DNA of 50,670 nucleotides, from IMG/VR virus record IMGVR_UViG_3300003375_000038, positions 1 through 50,670 of that record. One strand, 5' to 3'. Under the pieces are notes generated by a model, which did not search any database, was not told the origin of the DNA, and saw only the letters and a list, made by a program, of their open reading frames with translations. This DNA is from a virus. Its lineage: Duplodnaviria; Caudoviricetes. Of the stretch, positions 9,285 to 18,948 are shown in pieces. How positions within the stretch are numbered: the first letter of the stretch is position 1; every line of letters begins with the position of its first letter. Position numbers and translations under genes: made by a program.

Positions 9285-9422
9285 ATGACCAAAAAGCAAA
9301 TAACCCTACTAAACAGACTAAATATACCTATAATTAAGTATTTTGGTGGGTTAAGGTATTATAATTATATATTAAGAGGTAGGAATGAAAGATATAGGAA
9401 AGTACTAACTAAAATATTTTAA
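9285..9422 (+). CDS. small basic protein (45 aa)
   Basis: Hand-translated MTKKQITLLNRLNIPIIKYFGGLRYYNYILRGRNERYRKVLTKIF; starts 4 nt after the upstream stop. Confidence 0.4.
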   Translation: MTKKQITLLNRLNIPIIKYFGGLRYYNYILRGRNERYRKVLTKIF

Positions 9423-9457
9423 TCATATTTAAAGGTGATTGTATAGTATGTATTAAT

Positions 9458-9465
9458 TAATTTTG
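9458..9465 (+). promoter_or_regulatory. -7 promoter box TAATTTTG
   Basis: Perfect TAnnTTTG about 25 nt upstream of ATG 9490. Confidence 0.5.
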
Positions 9466-9489
9466 ATTTAACAAAAAAAATAAACATAA

Positions 9490-9705
9490 ATGACACATCT
9501 ATTACCCAAAACAGACCCCAACTATTTAGAAGTATCTGAATCAGATAGTATATTAATAAGTAACTATGTAGATTTTGAAGTAAATGATACTGTAATAGTA
9601 CAGGAAGGAAGAAATGAATCACACTTTATAATATCCAACAAAATACATGACGTACCTAATGTAAAGAAAGGTATATTTGTTTTAATGCTTAATAAAGTAA
9701 AATGA
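9490..9705 (+). CDS. ASCH/DUF3850-like small protein (degenerate)
   Basis: KTDPNY...DFEVNDTVIVQE...KGIFVL resembles DUF3850. Confidence 0.45.
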   Translation: MTHLLPKTDPNYLEVSESDSILISNYVDFEVNDTVIVQEGRNESHFIISNKIHDVPNVKKGIFVLMLNKVK

Positions 9706-10010
9706 ACGCTAAAACAGCCTTAATAAAATCATTGTTAGCGGGTGATGTATTGAGTATAAAAACCTGTTTTAATACAATAGGATTGACTAATTTACCTAGA
9801 GAAATAGGCAGGTCAATAGAAAGACCGTTTGGGGTTGAAGTTAGCCGTACCCCTAAACATGGTAAATCAAGATATGGAGTACCCGTAACATGGTTTGAAT
9901 ACCGATTAAATCAATCAACACACAATCAACCCGGAATAGCTAAAATGGCTAAATATGTAATGGAACATAACGGGAATCCCGCAAAAGGTAAAATCACAAA
10001 TAAAAAATAA
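9702..10010 (+). CDS. winged-HTH-like protein
   Basis: LIKSLLAGDVLSIKTCFNTIGLTNLPREI...FEYRL pattern. Confidence 0.55.
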   Translation: MNAKTALIKSLLAGDVLSIKTCFNTIGLTNLPREIGRSIERPFGVEVSRTPKHGKSRYGVPVTWFEYRLNQSTHNQPGIAKMAKYVMEHNGNPAKGKITNKK

Positions 10011-10011
10011 A

Positions 10012-10269
10012 ATGAAAAAACTACTTACGTTTAGCGTCATTACCGCATTAATTTTAATCGTATCTTTCACACCTGAACACACTTATAAGTTTTCAGAAAA
10101 GCAAGTAATAACTATTTATGAACATGAAAACTTACTAAAACAAATACTCCCACAATCAGAATTAAAAGGGAGAGAAATATCAGCCATCATACCTGCCATT
10201 GATACCATTCAAATTGAAATATCAAAACAATACAAAGAATATAATGATACCACTAAATTTAAAAAATAA
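10012..10269 (+). CDS. small exported/membrane-anchored protein
   Basis: MKKLLTFSVITALILIVSF signal-like N-terminus. Confidence 0.65.
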   Translation: MKKLLTFSVITALILIVSFTPEHTYKFSEKQVITIYEHENLLKQILPQSELKGREISAIIPAIDTIQIEISKQYKEYNDTTKFKK

Positions 10270-10275
10270 CGATTT

Positions 10276-10929
10276 ATGTTTGCATTTAATAAATTAAACA
10301 TACCTATCAATCCTTATTTAAGTAAACCTTTAGAGGATGAAGATTTAATTGTTAATGCAAACCTAGATAATTGGGATAGAGAAGGGTACGAAAGTTTACC
10401 AATAGAACAAGAGTTTTATAAGGCAAATAATATACACCTTTCATTTAAAGAAGTATTTGCAAAAGAAAGTGGGATAGACGGTGGGTGGTTTGCAGCTATA
10501 CAAAAATGGGTTACGCAAACCACTCACAACGATATTTTTCATTTAGACCATAGTTTTTTTGTAGTGAGATATGGGTTTAGGGGGGAAGCAGAAAAGCAAA
10601 TAAGACGATTATCAAAGTATAACAGTAAGCTATTAAAACTTATTGCTACCAAACCTAAATACGGATTAGATTTTTGCTTAGATGCTATTGTAGAGGATGA
10701 AATAATGGAAGTTTTACATTTTGAATGGGATTATAAAAGTTACGATTCAATTAAAAATGCACTACCTTATTTTGAAAAAAGGATAGCAAATACCGACTGG
10801 CTTTTATTATTATCTAAAATAATCGAAACAAAACACCTTTGGAAAGATATGACAGCTACACAACAAGGAGATTTTAAAGCAAATCTATTCGGTATAGAAG
10901 AAAGTTTTAGACTTTATAAATCAATGTAA
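10276..10929 (+). CDS. hypothetical protein
   Basis: 217 aa globular-looking ORF; no function recognised. Confidence 0.8.
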   Translation: MFAFNKLNIPINPYLSKPLEDEDLIVNANLDNWDREGYESLPIEQEFYKANNIHLSFKEVFAKESGIDGGWFAAIQKWVTQTTHNDIFHLDHSFFVVRYGFRGEAEKQIRRLSKYNSKLLKLIATKPKYGLDFCLDAIVEDEIMEVLHFEWDYKSYDSIKNALPYFEKRIANTDWLLLLSKIIETKHLWKDMTATQQGDFKANLFGIEESFRLYKSM

Positions 10930-10934
10930 TTCAC

Positions 10935-10942
10935 TATATTTG
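10935..10942 (+). promoter_or_regulatory. -7 promoter box TATATTTG
   Basis: Perfect TAnnTTTG 20 nt upstream of groES. Confidence 0.5.
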
Positions 10943-10962
10943 ACAAATTAAATAAAATAAAA

Positions 10963-11232
10963 ATGATATATCAGCCATTATTTGACCGTTTATTGGTAAG
11001 AGAAATTAAGCAAAAAGGTGAAAAAAAGACAAAATCAGGTATAATTTTAGAGAAATCAATTATAGCACAATCACATACCCATGCCGAAGTTGTTTCAGTT
11101 GGGGAACGTGTACAAGCAGTTAAGCCCGGGGATAAAATAGTATTTACTTCAGGTATTGGTAACCCTATAATGGTTGGTGATGAAGAACTGTTACTTTTAA
11201 GGGAAGAACAGCTTGATATTGTTCAGAAATAG
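10963..11232 (+). CDS. groES: co-chaperonin GroES (Cpn10)
   Basis: QPLFDRLLVR, TKSGIIL mobile loop, AEVVSVG, VKPGDKIVF, LLLREEQL. Confidence 0.92.
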   Translation: MIYQPLFDRLLVREIKQKGEKKTKSGIILEKSIIAQSHTHAEVVSVGERVQAVKPGDKIVFTSGIGNPIMVGDEELLLLREEQLDIVQK

Positions 11233-11236
11233 TTTT

Positions 11237-11269
11237 TTTGTTTGGAATATTAAAAATACCTTAAATTTG
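11237..11269 (+). promoter_or_regulatory. Bacteroidota-type promoter TTTG-N21-TAAATTTG heading the structural operon
   Basis: Full -33/-7 consensus with canonical spacing, 14 nt before ATG 11284. Confidence 0.65.
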
Positions 11270-11283
11270 GCGTAAATATTATT

Positions 11284-12138
11284 ATGCCGATACCGACCCC
11301 TATTAATAAATTACTTGTTTCCATAGAAGCAGAATTTGTAGATAAGATAACTACGGATAGCGGTTTTACCCTTTATTTAGACCCCACTTACGAGAAAAAC
11401 TACAACGTAACTTCGGTAGGTACGGTAGTTTCCGTTTCACAGTACCATAAGCCTGAATATGATTCAGTTGCATCAAAATTAAGCCCAAACGACAAAATAG
11501 CTTTTTCCTACAAAGTAGTAAGTGATTTTACTTTTGCTAGTGATAAGGCTCAATTTATGGACGTTTCAGGGCATGATAACCCATTTGTAAAAAAATACAC
11601 AAACCCACAGGGGGAATGGCTATTAATTAGGGCTATACCTAAAGCTATCGGTAAGTTATGGGTAGGTGTTTACCAAAATAAAAAATTGGAAGTAATAGAC
11701 GGTATGCAAGGTACAGAAAGCGACCTAAACCGTTGGTTAGCACAGTTTTCAATGGGTAAAACAGATAGGTATGTGTTTAATAATTTAGTAGATATTGACG
11801 GTGAATCTTATTGGAAATGTAATTATCCTGAAATATTTGCAAAAAAAGTAGGTGATGAATGGGAAGCAATCGGGGATAGGGTAATGTTAAAGCCAATAGA
11901 GATAGATTACACCGACCAAATAAGAAGGTTAAATAAAATTGAATTACCCGATAATATGGTAAAAGCAAGGTTTTATGATAGGGCTGAAGTTTATTCAGGC
12001 GGGGAAGATTTAGGATTAAAAAAGGGGGATGTAGTTTCATTTGAAGAAAAATACCTTGAAAAATACAACTTTGAAGAACAGGCTTTTTTTCTTATTAAAA
12101 AACGTAGGATAAACGGACTTTGGAAGTATGGCAAGTAG
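11284..12138 (+). CDS. tandem GroES-like domain protein
   Basis: N-terminal PINKLLV...TDSGFTL...GTVVSV...DKIAF; C-terminal AIGDRVMLKP...LKKGDVVSF...FFLIKKRRI. Confidence 0.7.
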   Translation: MPIPTPINKLLVSIEAEFVDKITTDSGFTLYLDPTYEKNYNVTSVGTVVSVSQYHKPEYDSVASKLSPNDKIAFSYKVVSDFTFASDKAQFMDVSGHDNPFVKKYTNPQGEWLLIRAIPKAIGKLWVGVYQNKKLEVIDGMQGTESDLNRWLAQFSMGKTDRYVFNNLVDIDGESYWKCNYPEIFAKKVGDEWEAIGDRVMLKPIEIDYTDQIRRLNKIELPDNMVKARFYDRAEVYSGGEDLGLKKGDVVSFEEKYLEKYNFEEQAFFLIKKRRINGLWKYGK

Positions 12139-12775
12139 AAATATAAACGACCTTTACAATGAATATCTTTACATAATCCGTAAGGAAAGAGGCGTTTTTG
12201 TTACCCCTTCGCAGTTCTGCCAAAATATGGATATAGCCCAAATGGAACTATACGAAGAACTTTTCAAAGTATATGGTATTAATCAGACCATACATGATGG
12301 ATTGAAGCCCTTTAAAGTAACTAATTATCAATTTACTTGTGATAGTGGGGGCAATGTATCTTATCAATCCGACTATTTGCATCTTTTAGCGGGGGTATTT
12401 ACTGTAACAGGTAGTTCCGTTAATAAAATACGATTTGTTGAGCCAGACGAACTTCCTACGGCACTTACAAACCAATTAAGGGCGGTAAAATTAACAAATC
12501 CAATAGCAATAGATACTAGCGGTGGATTTCAAATATACCCGCAATCAGTACAGACGGGGTTTTATTCTTATATGAGGCGACCAGCAATACCCGTTTTAGG
12601 TTTTATTCAGATAGGCAGAACTTTAACCTATGACCCAAATTCAAGTACACAAATAGAATTTTCGGATGCCTATATAAATAATATTGTTAATCGTGCGTTA
12701 AAACCATTGGGTATAAACTTGGATGAAAATACAGTTACCCAATACGGATTTACACAAGAAAAAGATACTGAATAA
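12128..12775 (+). CDS. tail ring/adaptor (tail tubular-like) protein
   Basis: Position; YMRRP motif, C-terminal IVNRALKPLGINL; typical of Bacteroidota podovirus ring proteins. Confidence 0.65.
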   Translation: MASRNINDLYNEYLYIIRKERGVFVTPSQFCQNMDIAQMELYEELFKVYGINQTIHDGLKPFKVTNYQFTCDSGGNVSYQSDYLHLLAGVFTVTGSSVNKIRFVEPDELPTALTNQLRAVKLTNPIAIDTSGGFQIYPQSVQTGFYSYMRRPAIPVLGFIQIGRTLTYDPNSSTQIEFSDAYINNIVNRALKPLGINLDENTVTQYGFTQEKDTE

Positions 12776-13440
12776 TGGCGAATAGTACTAAGAGAATATT
12801 ATGCGACCAAGTAATGTATAGGCTTAGTGGCGGATATCCTTCCATTTCTGATATTGTTCAGTTTGAAGATATTTATAAGGCACTAGAACAGCTTATAAAT
12901 GTTACTTTTAGAACACAACATTTTACCACAACATTACAGCAAGGGGAAACAATACCCGATAACTTAATGTTGGCTTCTTATTCTGATATTACTGTTACTT
13001 CAACTTCAAGGGGTTCACAGTCAATATTACCCGCTATGCCTATTTCTTTAATTAGAAATATGGGTGTTTATGATATTGCTCCCGCACAATCTTTATCAAC
13101 TTACGCCAATAAAAATTCGTTTATACCACTTCAAAGAGGGCAAAGACAATTATTGCAATCAGATGATTTGTTAAATGACTTATTAGGGCAAATATGTTAT
13201 GAAGTAAATGGGATTAATGTAATTTATTCAAAGGATATTACATTAATGGGTATAAGTAAGGTAGATATGCAATTAGTTGTATTTGATATGAGTTTATACG
13301 GGGAAACAGATATATTGCCAATACCTAGTGATATGGAAGCAATGCTAGTAGATACTTTATATAAACAATTTGAACCGATACAAGCAGATCCTTCAGTAGT
13401 AACAAATTACCCACCACCTAATCAAGCTAATCAGAAATGA
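12775..13440 (+). CDS. tail ring/structural protein
   Basis: Coupled stop/start; C-terminal LPIPSDM motif; synteny. Confidence 0.6.
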   Translation: MANSTKRILCDQVMYRLSGGYPSISDIVQFEDIYKALEQLINVTFRTQHFTTTLQQGETIPDNLMLASYSDITVTSTSRGSQSILPAMPISLIRNMGVYDIAPAQSLSTYANKNSFIPLQRGQRQLLQSDDLLNDLLGQICYEVNGINVIYSKDITLMGISKVDMQLVVFDMSLYGETDILPIPSDMEAMLVDTLYKQFEPIQADPSVVTNYPPPNQANQK

Positions 13441-14207
13441 ATGTAACAAGTTTAGATAAAATGGTAAGGAATATACTTCTTAGAAAGGGGTATAGTTTAC
13501 ATTGGTATATGCAAGCATTACTGGCGGGGAAAGATGTACTTCGTGAATTAACATTTGATGATTTGCAAGTAATAAATACAAAAATATTAACAGTAAATTC
13601 GGTAAACGCAGTTGATTTACCTAGTGATTATGTTGATTATGTTTCCTTAAATGTAATGGCAGGCCAAAAGCTAAGACCATTGGTTTATGAAGAAAGTATT
13701 AACCCACTTTATAACTACGATACAACCTTTACACCGCAATTATATTCTCAAAATATTACCGAACAAAACGACCCCGTATTTTACTATAATATACTATCCC
13801 CGATATTTTGGTATATGAATAGTTTTAATGAATATGGAGAATTTACAGGTAGATTTTTCGGATTTGGTGCAGGTAACCAAACCGACACATTTAAGGTAAT
13901 AAAAGAAAGACAGCAAATACAATTAAACGAACACATACAAGTAAATACAGTAGTATTATCTTATATAAGTAACGGGCAAAATGTAGATGCAGCTTCAACG
14001 ATTGATGCCTATGCACAAGCGACAATAGAAGCCTATATTATGTGGCAAATGAAAGAACAAAATAGGACTTATTCGGAAGGTGAGAAAGAACGAGCAAAAG
14101 AAGAATATTTAGGGCAAAGAAAAATATTAAGGGCTAGAATGGCTAACCTTGATTTGAATGTACTAAAACGAATTGTACAGAAAAACAGAGTTCAATCACC
14201 TAAGTAA
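13437..14207 (+). CDS. tail ring/structural protein
   Basis: LPSDYVDYV, VVLSYISNG, AIEAYI motifs; synteny before the stabilization protein. Confidence 0.65.
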   Translation: MNVTSLDKMVRNILLRKGYSLHWYMQALLAGKDVLRELTFDDLQVINTKILTVNSVNAVDLPSDYVDYVSLNVMAGQKLRPLVYEESINPLYNYDTTFTPQLYSQNITEQNDPVFYYNILSPIFWYMNSFNEYGEFTGRFFGFGAGNQTDTFKVIKERQQIQLNEHIQVNTVVLSYISNGQNVDAASTIDAYAQATIEAYIMWQMKEQNRTYSEGEKERAKEEYLGQRKILRARMANLDLNVLKRIVQKNRVQSPK

Positions 14208-17200
14208 TGATAGTAGAAAAGAAAATATTTTCAGGCGGGGGAATTAATAATGATGATACTACAAGATTATTGGGTACGGGTGATTATTTGAATTTACAAA
14301 ATGGTAGGGTAAGTATAAGTGAGAATGGTAAAGATGAAAGAATAGAATCAATCCCCGGAACAACGCAATTAACAAATAATAAATATCCCCCTTATGGAAA
14401 CAATATATGTATAGGTAGCTGTATTGATATTGAAGGTAAAAGATTGGTTTGGTTTATATGTAATACTTCAAATGACCACGGTATTTATGTTTATGATTTT
14501 ACAGCACAACAAATATATGCGGTAATATACGATAGCCAAGTAACAGGCGGGTTAAACTTCAACAAAAATTACAGAATTGATAGAAACTGTAAAGTAGTAA
14601 ATGGGGTATTATACTGGACTGATAATTATAATGAGCCTAAAAAAATAAACTTAGACAAGGCAATTAAAGCTAATCAATCTTCTTACGTTACTTCAGCAAC
14701 ACCGTATTCATTACCTATTGCATATACTACTTTAACGGTAATTAGACGACCACCGTATTATAATCCTACGGCTTCAAAACAAAATGATTATAGTTTTTTA
14801 CAAAATTTTGTAGCATCACAGGCTTACCAAATGTGTTACTACTATGATTATGTAGATAATGAAACTTCAAGACTTTCTTCGTTTAGTGCGTTAATGAATT
14901 TTAATGTAAGTGGCGGTACTACAAATTATATAAGTGTTACTATCCCATTTTCAGAATATATTGATGATGATATACAACGGGTTAATATTTGTGCAAAAAA
15001 TTTAACTATTAACCAAATATCAATAATAAAAACTTTTGATAAAGCTATACCCGCAGATTTAGCAGCAATTAATGCACATAACGCAGGTACTACACAATTA
15101 TCATATAATTATTATGGTAATGTAGCTAGTAACCCATTAGATTCTTCTCAATCTTCAGTACCATTTGATTCAGTATCACTTCAAAGTAAAACATTAGAAT
15201 TTGCTATTAATAGGTTAATGTTTGGTAACAATTTAAATGGGTATAATACTACTTCATATTCAAGCCTTGCTATATCACAAAATTTAATTGTTGGCGGGGT
15301 TATGCCACAAACATTATTTAAATCAGGTTCATCATATAATGTATCAATAGCTTTTTTTGATAGATATAGACGTAAATGTGGGGTGTTTCAATCTTTTTTA
15401 ACTACCAATACCCCCGACTTTATTTATAGCGGTAATTCAATTACTAATAATATAGTAGGTAGCTTACAATTCACATTAAGTAATACAAATGCATTAAATG
15501 AAATCCCATCATGGGCGTATTACTACCAAATATTTATTACTCAAAACTTAACAAAAGATAGCTTTTTAAGTTTTATATTTAACGATGCTTCTTATGTGTA
15601 TAAAAACACAGATGGCACATTAAATTTTACTCAAACAACATACGATTCTTCAAAAACTTATGCAGTAGGTATTGATATTTCAAATTTAACAGCAGCAGGG
15701 TTAGGATATACATATAATGTAGGCGACCAAGCAGTAATAAAATTAAATAGCGGAACAAATTATAGTTTGCCAGTTATCGGGCAATCGGGTAGTTATGTTT
15801 TATTAGCAGCAAAAAATATAGGGGCTATAACAAATTCATTTAAGTGGACTTTTAACCCTATTTCACTTACCCATGCTACCTATACATTACCTATGACTTT
15901 GTTGAATAACTATCAACAAACAGGATTTGCAGTACAATCAACAAATTTTGCTGATTTAGGTTCACCTGCTTATAATAATCAGAATTGGGGAATAAATGTA
16001 ACAGATGGTAATTCATACACATTTTTTATTTCAGGTAATATAAGTTTAATGGCTACGGCTACTTATCCATCTGATTATATAAAAGTTACAGTATTCGTTT
16101 CGGGTTCAGGAAAGACAGATATTACTACCGATTTATCAATACAAAATGGAGTGGCTAACGGTACTACATATACATTAAGTTGGGGAACAAATATAACAAT
16201 ACCCGCAGGTTATACTAAATTAATCGTAGTTTATGAAACAAGTCAAGGCGGTATTTATCCAACTATTACAGGAGGGTATTTAACAGCTAGTAGGGCTTCC
16301 GATTTGAATTATATTGAGATATATACCCAGCATAAATCATTGGGAACACAAGAACCTTATTATGAGGCAACCCCCGTTTATGCTATTACCAACCCCGCAA
16401 CAAATACAAGGCAATACGGCACTTTAACCGATTCTATTGCAGGTGATACTTACGGAGTACAAAGAAATATTTTATATTCAGGAACGACTTACCAATTAGA
16501 GGCAATGTCTCCAAATGATTTGTATTGGCAAAATTGGTATAGAAGTTTAGGATGGGTTAATTATATTTTACAAGTAGGGCAAACAACGAATCCGCATGAA
16601 ATAAGGTGGAGTAATACATTTGTTTCAGGAACAAGAAATAATGGTTTAAGTAGATTTGATGCACTAGATTATAAAACAACGCCATTACAGACAGGGCAAA
16701 TACAAAAGTTACAGTTAGCTAGTAAAACGGAAGAACAAGGGGTAGTTATGCTTTCTATTGGGGCATTTCAAACTACTTCATGTTATTTGAGTGAAGTTCA
16801 GGTAGTGGGGGCTTCACAAAATGCTTTCTTAGCCCAAGATACGTCAGTAATAGGTACTATGAATGTATTAAAGGGTATGTTCGGTACTACTTCACCCGAA
16901 ACAGTTATTGAATACTTAGGACTTTTATTTTGGTACGATTTAAATAATGGGGTAATAGTTCAATATAGTTCAAATGGATTGGAAGCAATAAGCCATTATA
17001 AAATGACTAGCTTTTTTCAAAAATATGCTAAGAATTATTTAGCAGCTAGTTCCAGCAATTTAGATAATATCAATGGGTTTCATCATATACCTACTTCAAT
17101 AAATCCGTTTACTAAAAGATTTCAAGTAACAACCCCCGGTTTAATTTATTCAAATTATGCCAATATATTACCTAGCTATTCATCCGTTCCTAGTTATGCC

Positions 17201-17803
17201 AGTTCAATAATAAATAGGTTTAATGTATATACCCAACTAGCCCAAACGGTATGTTATGATATGGTAGCTAATAGATGGAAAGAAACATTTGAATATGCAG
17301 GGGAATGGTACGATTATTTTGAAAATATAATGATTGGGTTCAAAAACGGAACAATTTACACCCATGAAACAAATACAACAAGTGGTAACTGGAATACATT
17401 TTACGGTGTTCAGTACCCATTAAGAATATGGACTACGGCAAATGCAAGTCCTTCAGAAATTAAGGATTTGTACAATATTGCAGTAGAATCAAATGCCATA
17501 CCTGATTATACAGTAGGTTATGCGGACTACCCAAATATTCAAATTACAGACCTAATTTCAAGCAATTATATAAATAATGAAGGGGTAATGGATGCCCAAT
17601 TTTTTAAGGATAGGTTATCACCAAACACCCCCGCAGGTAATACGGCAGAACAAAATCTGTATCAGGGAGATTTTATAAAAGACGTAACTTTGAAAATAAT
17701 GTGCGAATTTCAGCAATATAGTTCGTTAATTTTCATTAATTTTATTGATGTAGGGTATAGCGTAAGTAGGGGTAATAAGCAAATTATAGTAAAACCGTCA
17801 TAA
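14207..17803 (+). CDS. tail stabilization/nozzle protein (P22 gp10-like, crAss muzzle-like)
   Basis: GGINND N-terminus, LYWTDNYNEPKKIN, RLMFGN, FKSG..Y...FFDRYRR, IRWS...NGLSRF; 1198 aa beta-rich. Confidence 0.85.
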   Translation: MIVEKKIFSGGGINNDDTTRLLGTGDYLNLQNGRVSISENGKDERIESIPGTTQLTNNKYPPYGNNICIGSCIDIEGKRLVWFICNTSNDHGIYVYDFTAQQIYAVIYDSQVTGGLNFNKNYRIDRNCKVVNGVLYWTDNYNEPKKINLDKAIKANQSSYVTSATPYSLPIAYTTLTVIRRPPYYNPTASKQNDYSFLQNFVASQAYQMCYYYDYVDNETSRLSSFSALMNFNVSGGTTNYISVTIPFSEYIDDDIQRVNICAKNLTINQISIIKTFDKAIPADLAAINAHNAGTTQLSYNYYGNVASNPLDSSQSSVPFDSVSLQSKTLEFAINRLMFGNNLNGYNTTSYSSLAISQNLIVGGVMPQTLFKSGSSYNVSIAFFDRYRRKCGVFQSFLTTNTPDFIYSGNSITNNIVGSLQFTLSNTNALNEIPSWAYYYQIFITQNLTKDSFLSFIFNDASYVYKNTDGTLNFTQTTYDSSKTYAVGIDISNLTAAGLGYTYNVGDQAVIKLNSGTNYSLPVIGQSGSYVLLAAKNIGAITNSFKWTFNPISLTHATYTLPMTLLNNYQQTGFAVQSTNFADLGSPAYNNQNWGINVTDGNSYTFFISGNISLMATATYPSDYIKVTVFVSGSGKTDITTDLSIQNGVANGTTYTLSWGTNITIPAGYTKLIVVYETSQGGIYPTITGGYLTASRASDLNYIEIYTQHKSLGTQEPYYEATPVYAITNPATNTRQYGTLTDSIAGDTYGVQRNILYSGTTYQLEAMSPNDLYWQNWYRSLGWVNYILQVGQTTNPHEIRWSNTFVSGTRNNGLSRFDALDYKTTPLQTGQIQKLQLASKTEEQGVVMLSIGAFQTTSCYLSEVQVVGASQNAFLAQDTSVIGTMNVLKGMFGTTSPETVIEYLGLLFWYDLNNGVIVQYSSNGLEAISHYKMTSFFQKYAKNYLAASSSNLDNINGFHHIPTSINPFTKRFQVTTPGLIYSNYANILPSYSSVPSYASSIINRFNVYTQLAQTVCYDMVANRWKETFEYAGEWYDYFENIMIGFKNGTIYTHETNTTSGNWNTFYGVQYPLRIWTTANASPSEIKDLYNIAVESNAIPDYTVGYADYPNIQITDLISSNYINNEGVMDAQFFKDRLSPNTPAGNTAEQNLYQGDFIKDVTLKIMCEFQQYSSLIFINFIDVGYSVSRGNKQIIVKPS

Positions 17804-18285
17804 TGGTAAGTATTAAAAGAATACAGATTGATAAAATAGAAGAATTGGTAAGAATAGCATTTAAAAATGATACCGATTTGATAGAAAAATATCATTCTAT
17901 TGATGGAACTTTTGAAGAATGTGTAGATGATACTATTATACGGATTTATGCTTCTTATAATGAAAAACACCCAAAGTATTATAAAATACTTAACAATAAG
18001 GAAGCAATAGGGTTCTTTGTTACGTTTGTTCATAAAGATATACCAATACCAGTTTTGTATTCATTCGGTATAAATATAAAATATAGAAAAGCTGAAATGC
18101 TTAACGAATGGTGGAAGTTAATTTTAAAGGAATTAGATAGTAAATTTTGGTGTGCAATGAATAAAAAAAATGAAAGGGCTATTAAATTTTTACGAAACAG
18201 AACAATGAAAGTGGTAAAAGAAACAGAAAACGAAGTAGTATTTATTAATAAGCCATTACCAAAATATAATTTTTCAGATAATTAA
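17803..18285 (+). CDS. GNAT-fold protein (T7 gp13-like position)
   Basis: IGFF...LYSFGINIKYR...KNERAIKFLRN; lies between nozzle and ejection genes. Confidence 0.65.
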   Translation: MVSIKRIQIDKIEELVRIAFKNDTDLIEKYHSIDGTFEECVDDTIIRIYASYNEKHPKYYKILNNKEAIGFFVTFVHKDIPIPVLYSFGINIKYRKAEMLNEWWKLILKELDSKFWCAMNKKNERAIKFLRNRTMKVVKETENEVVFINKPLPKYNFSDN

Positions 18286-18296
18286 ATTTACATATT

Positions 18297-18926
18297 ATGC
18301 CACTTACAGTAGGTGCAATTACGGGATTAGGGAAAGCAGCGATTGGGTTATTTCAGAATAACCAAGCTAACCAAATACACCCTAATTATACACCATATAC
18401 CCCTTCCCCATACGCAGCACAGCAATTAGGTATTGCACAACAATTATTTAATGGAAGAATGGCGGGGGCTACAAACGCAGAAGCTAATATAGGCACTAAT
18501 CAAGCTAATACGGTATCGAATATTAATAGGAACGCATCAGATAGTAATACTGCACTAGCAGCAGCAAGCGGGGCGCAAGGTCAATCAAACCAAGCATATA
18601 ATGATTTAGCAACAAAAGAAGCACAAAATAAATACAATTTATTAGGTAACCTAAACGCAGGTTATAACGCAATGACAGAAGAAGGCAATAAAGTTTATCA
18701 ATCTAATTTAGAAAAATATAAAATGGATGTAGGGCAACAAGCACAATTAAGGGGTTCTGCATGGCAAAATATATTTTCAGGGGCAAACGATATTGGTGCA
18801 GGTTTTATGTTGGGGCAACAACAAGGGCAACAAAATGATTTCCAAAATAAATACCTCAATATATTGAAAGGGAATAAAGGTGCGGGGATGGGTGGATTAT
18901 TGGGAGGTATTTTAGGCGGTGTATAA
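18297..18926 (+). CDS. small ejection/pilot protein
   Basis: G/A/Q/N-rich, hydrophobic Gly-rich termini, no Cys; synteny. Confidence 0.7.
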   Translation: MPLTVGAITGLGKAAIGLFQNNQANQIHPNYTPYTPSPYAAQQLGIAQQLFNGRMAGATNAEANIGTNQANTVSNINRNASDSNTALAAASGAQGQSNQAYNDLATKEAQNKYNLLGNLNAGYNAMTEEGNKVYQSNLEKYKMDVGQQAQLRGSAWQNIFSGANDIGAGFMLGQQQGQQNDFQNKYLNILKGNKGAGMGGLLGGILGGV

Positions 18927-18948
18927 TTATAAATAATTTAATTAAGAT

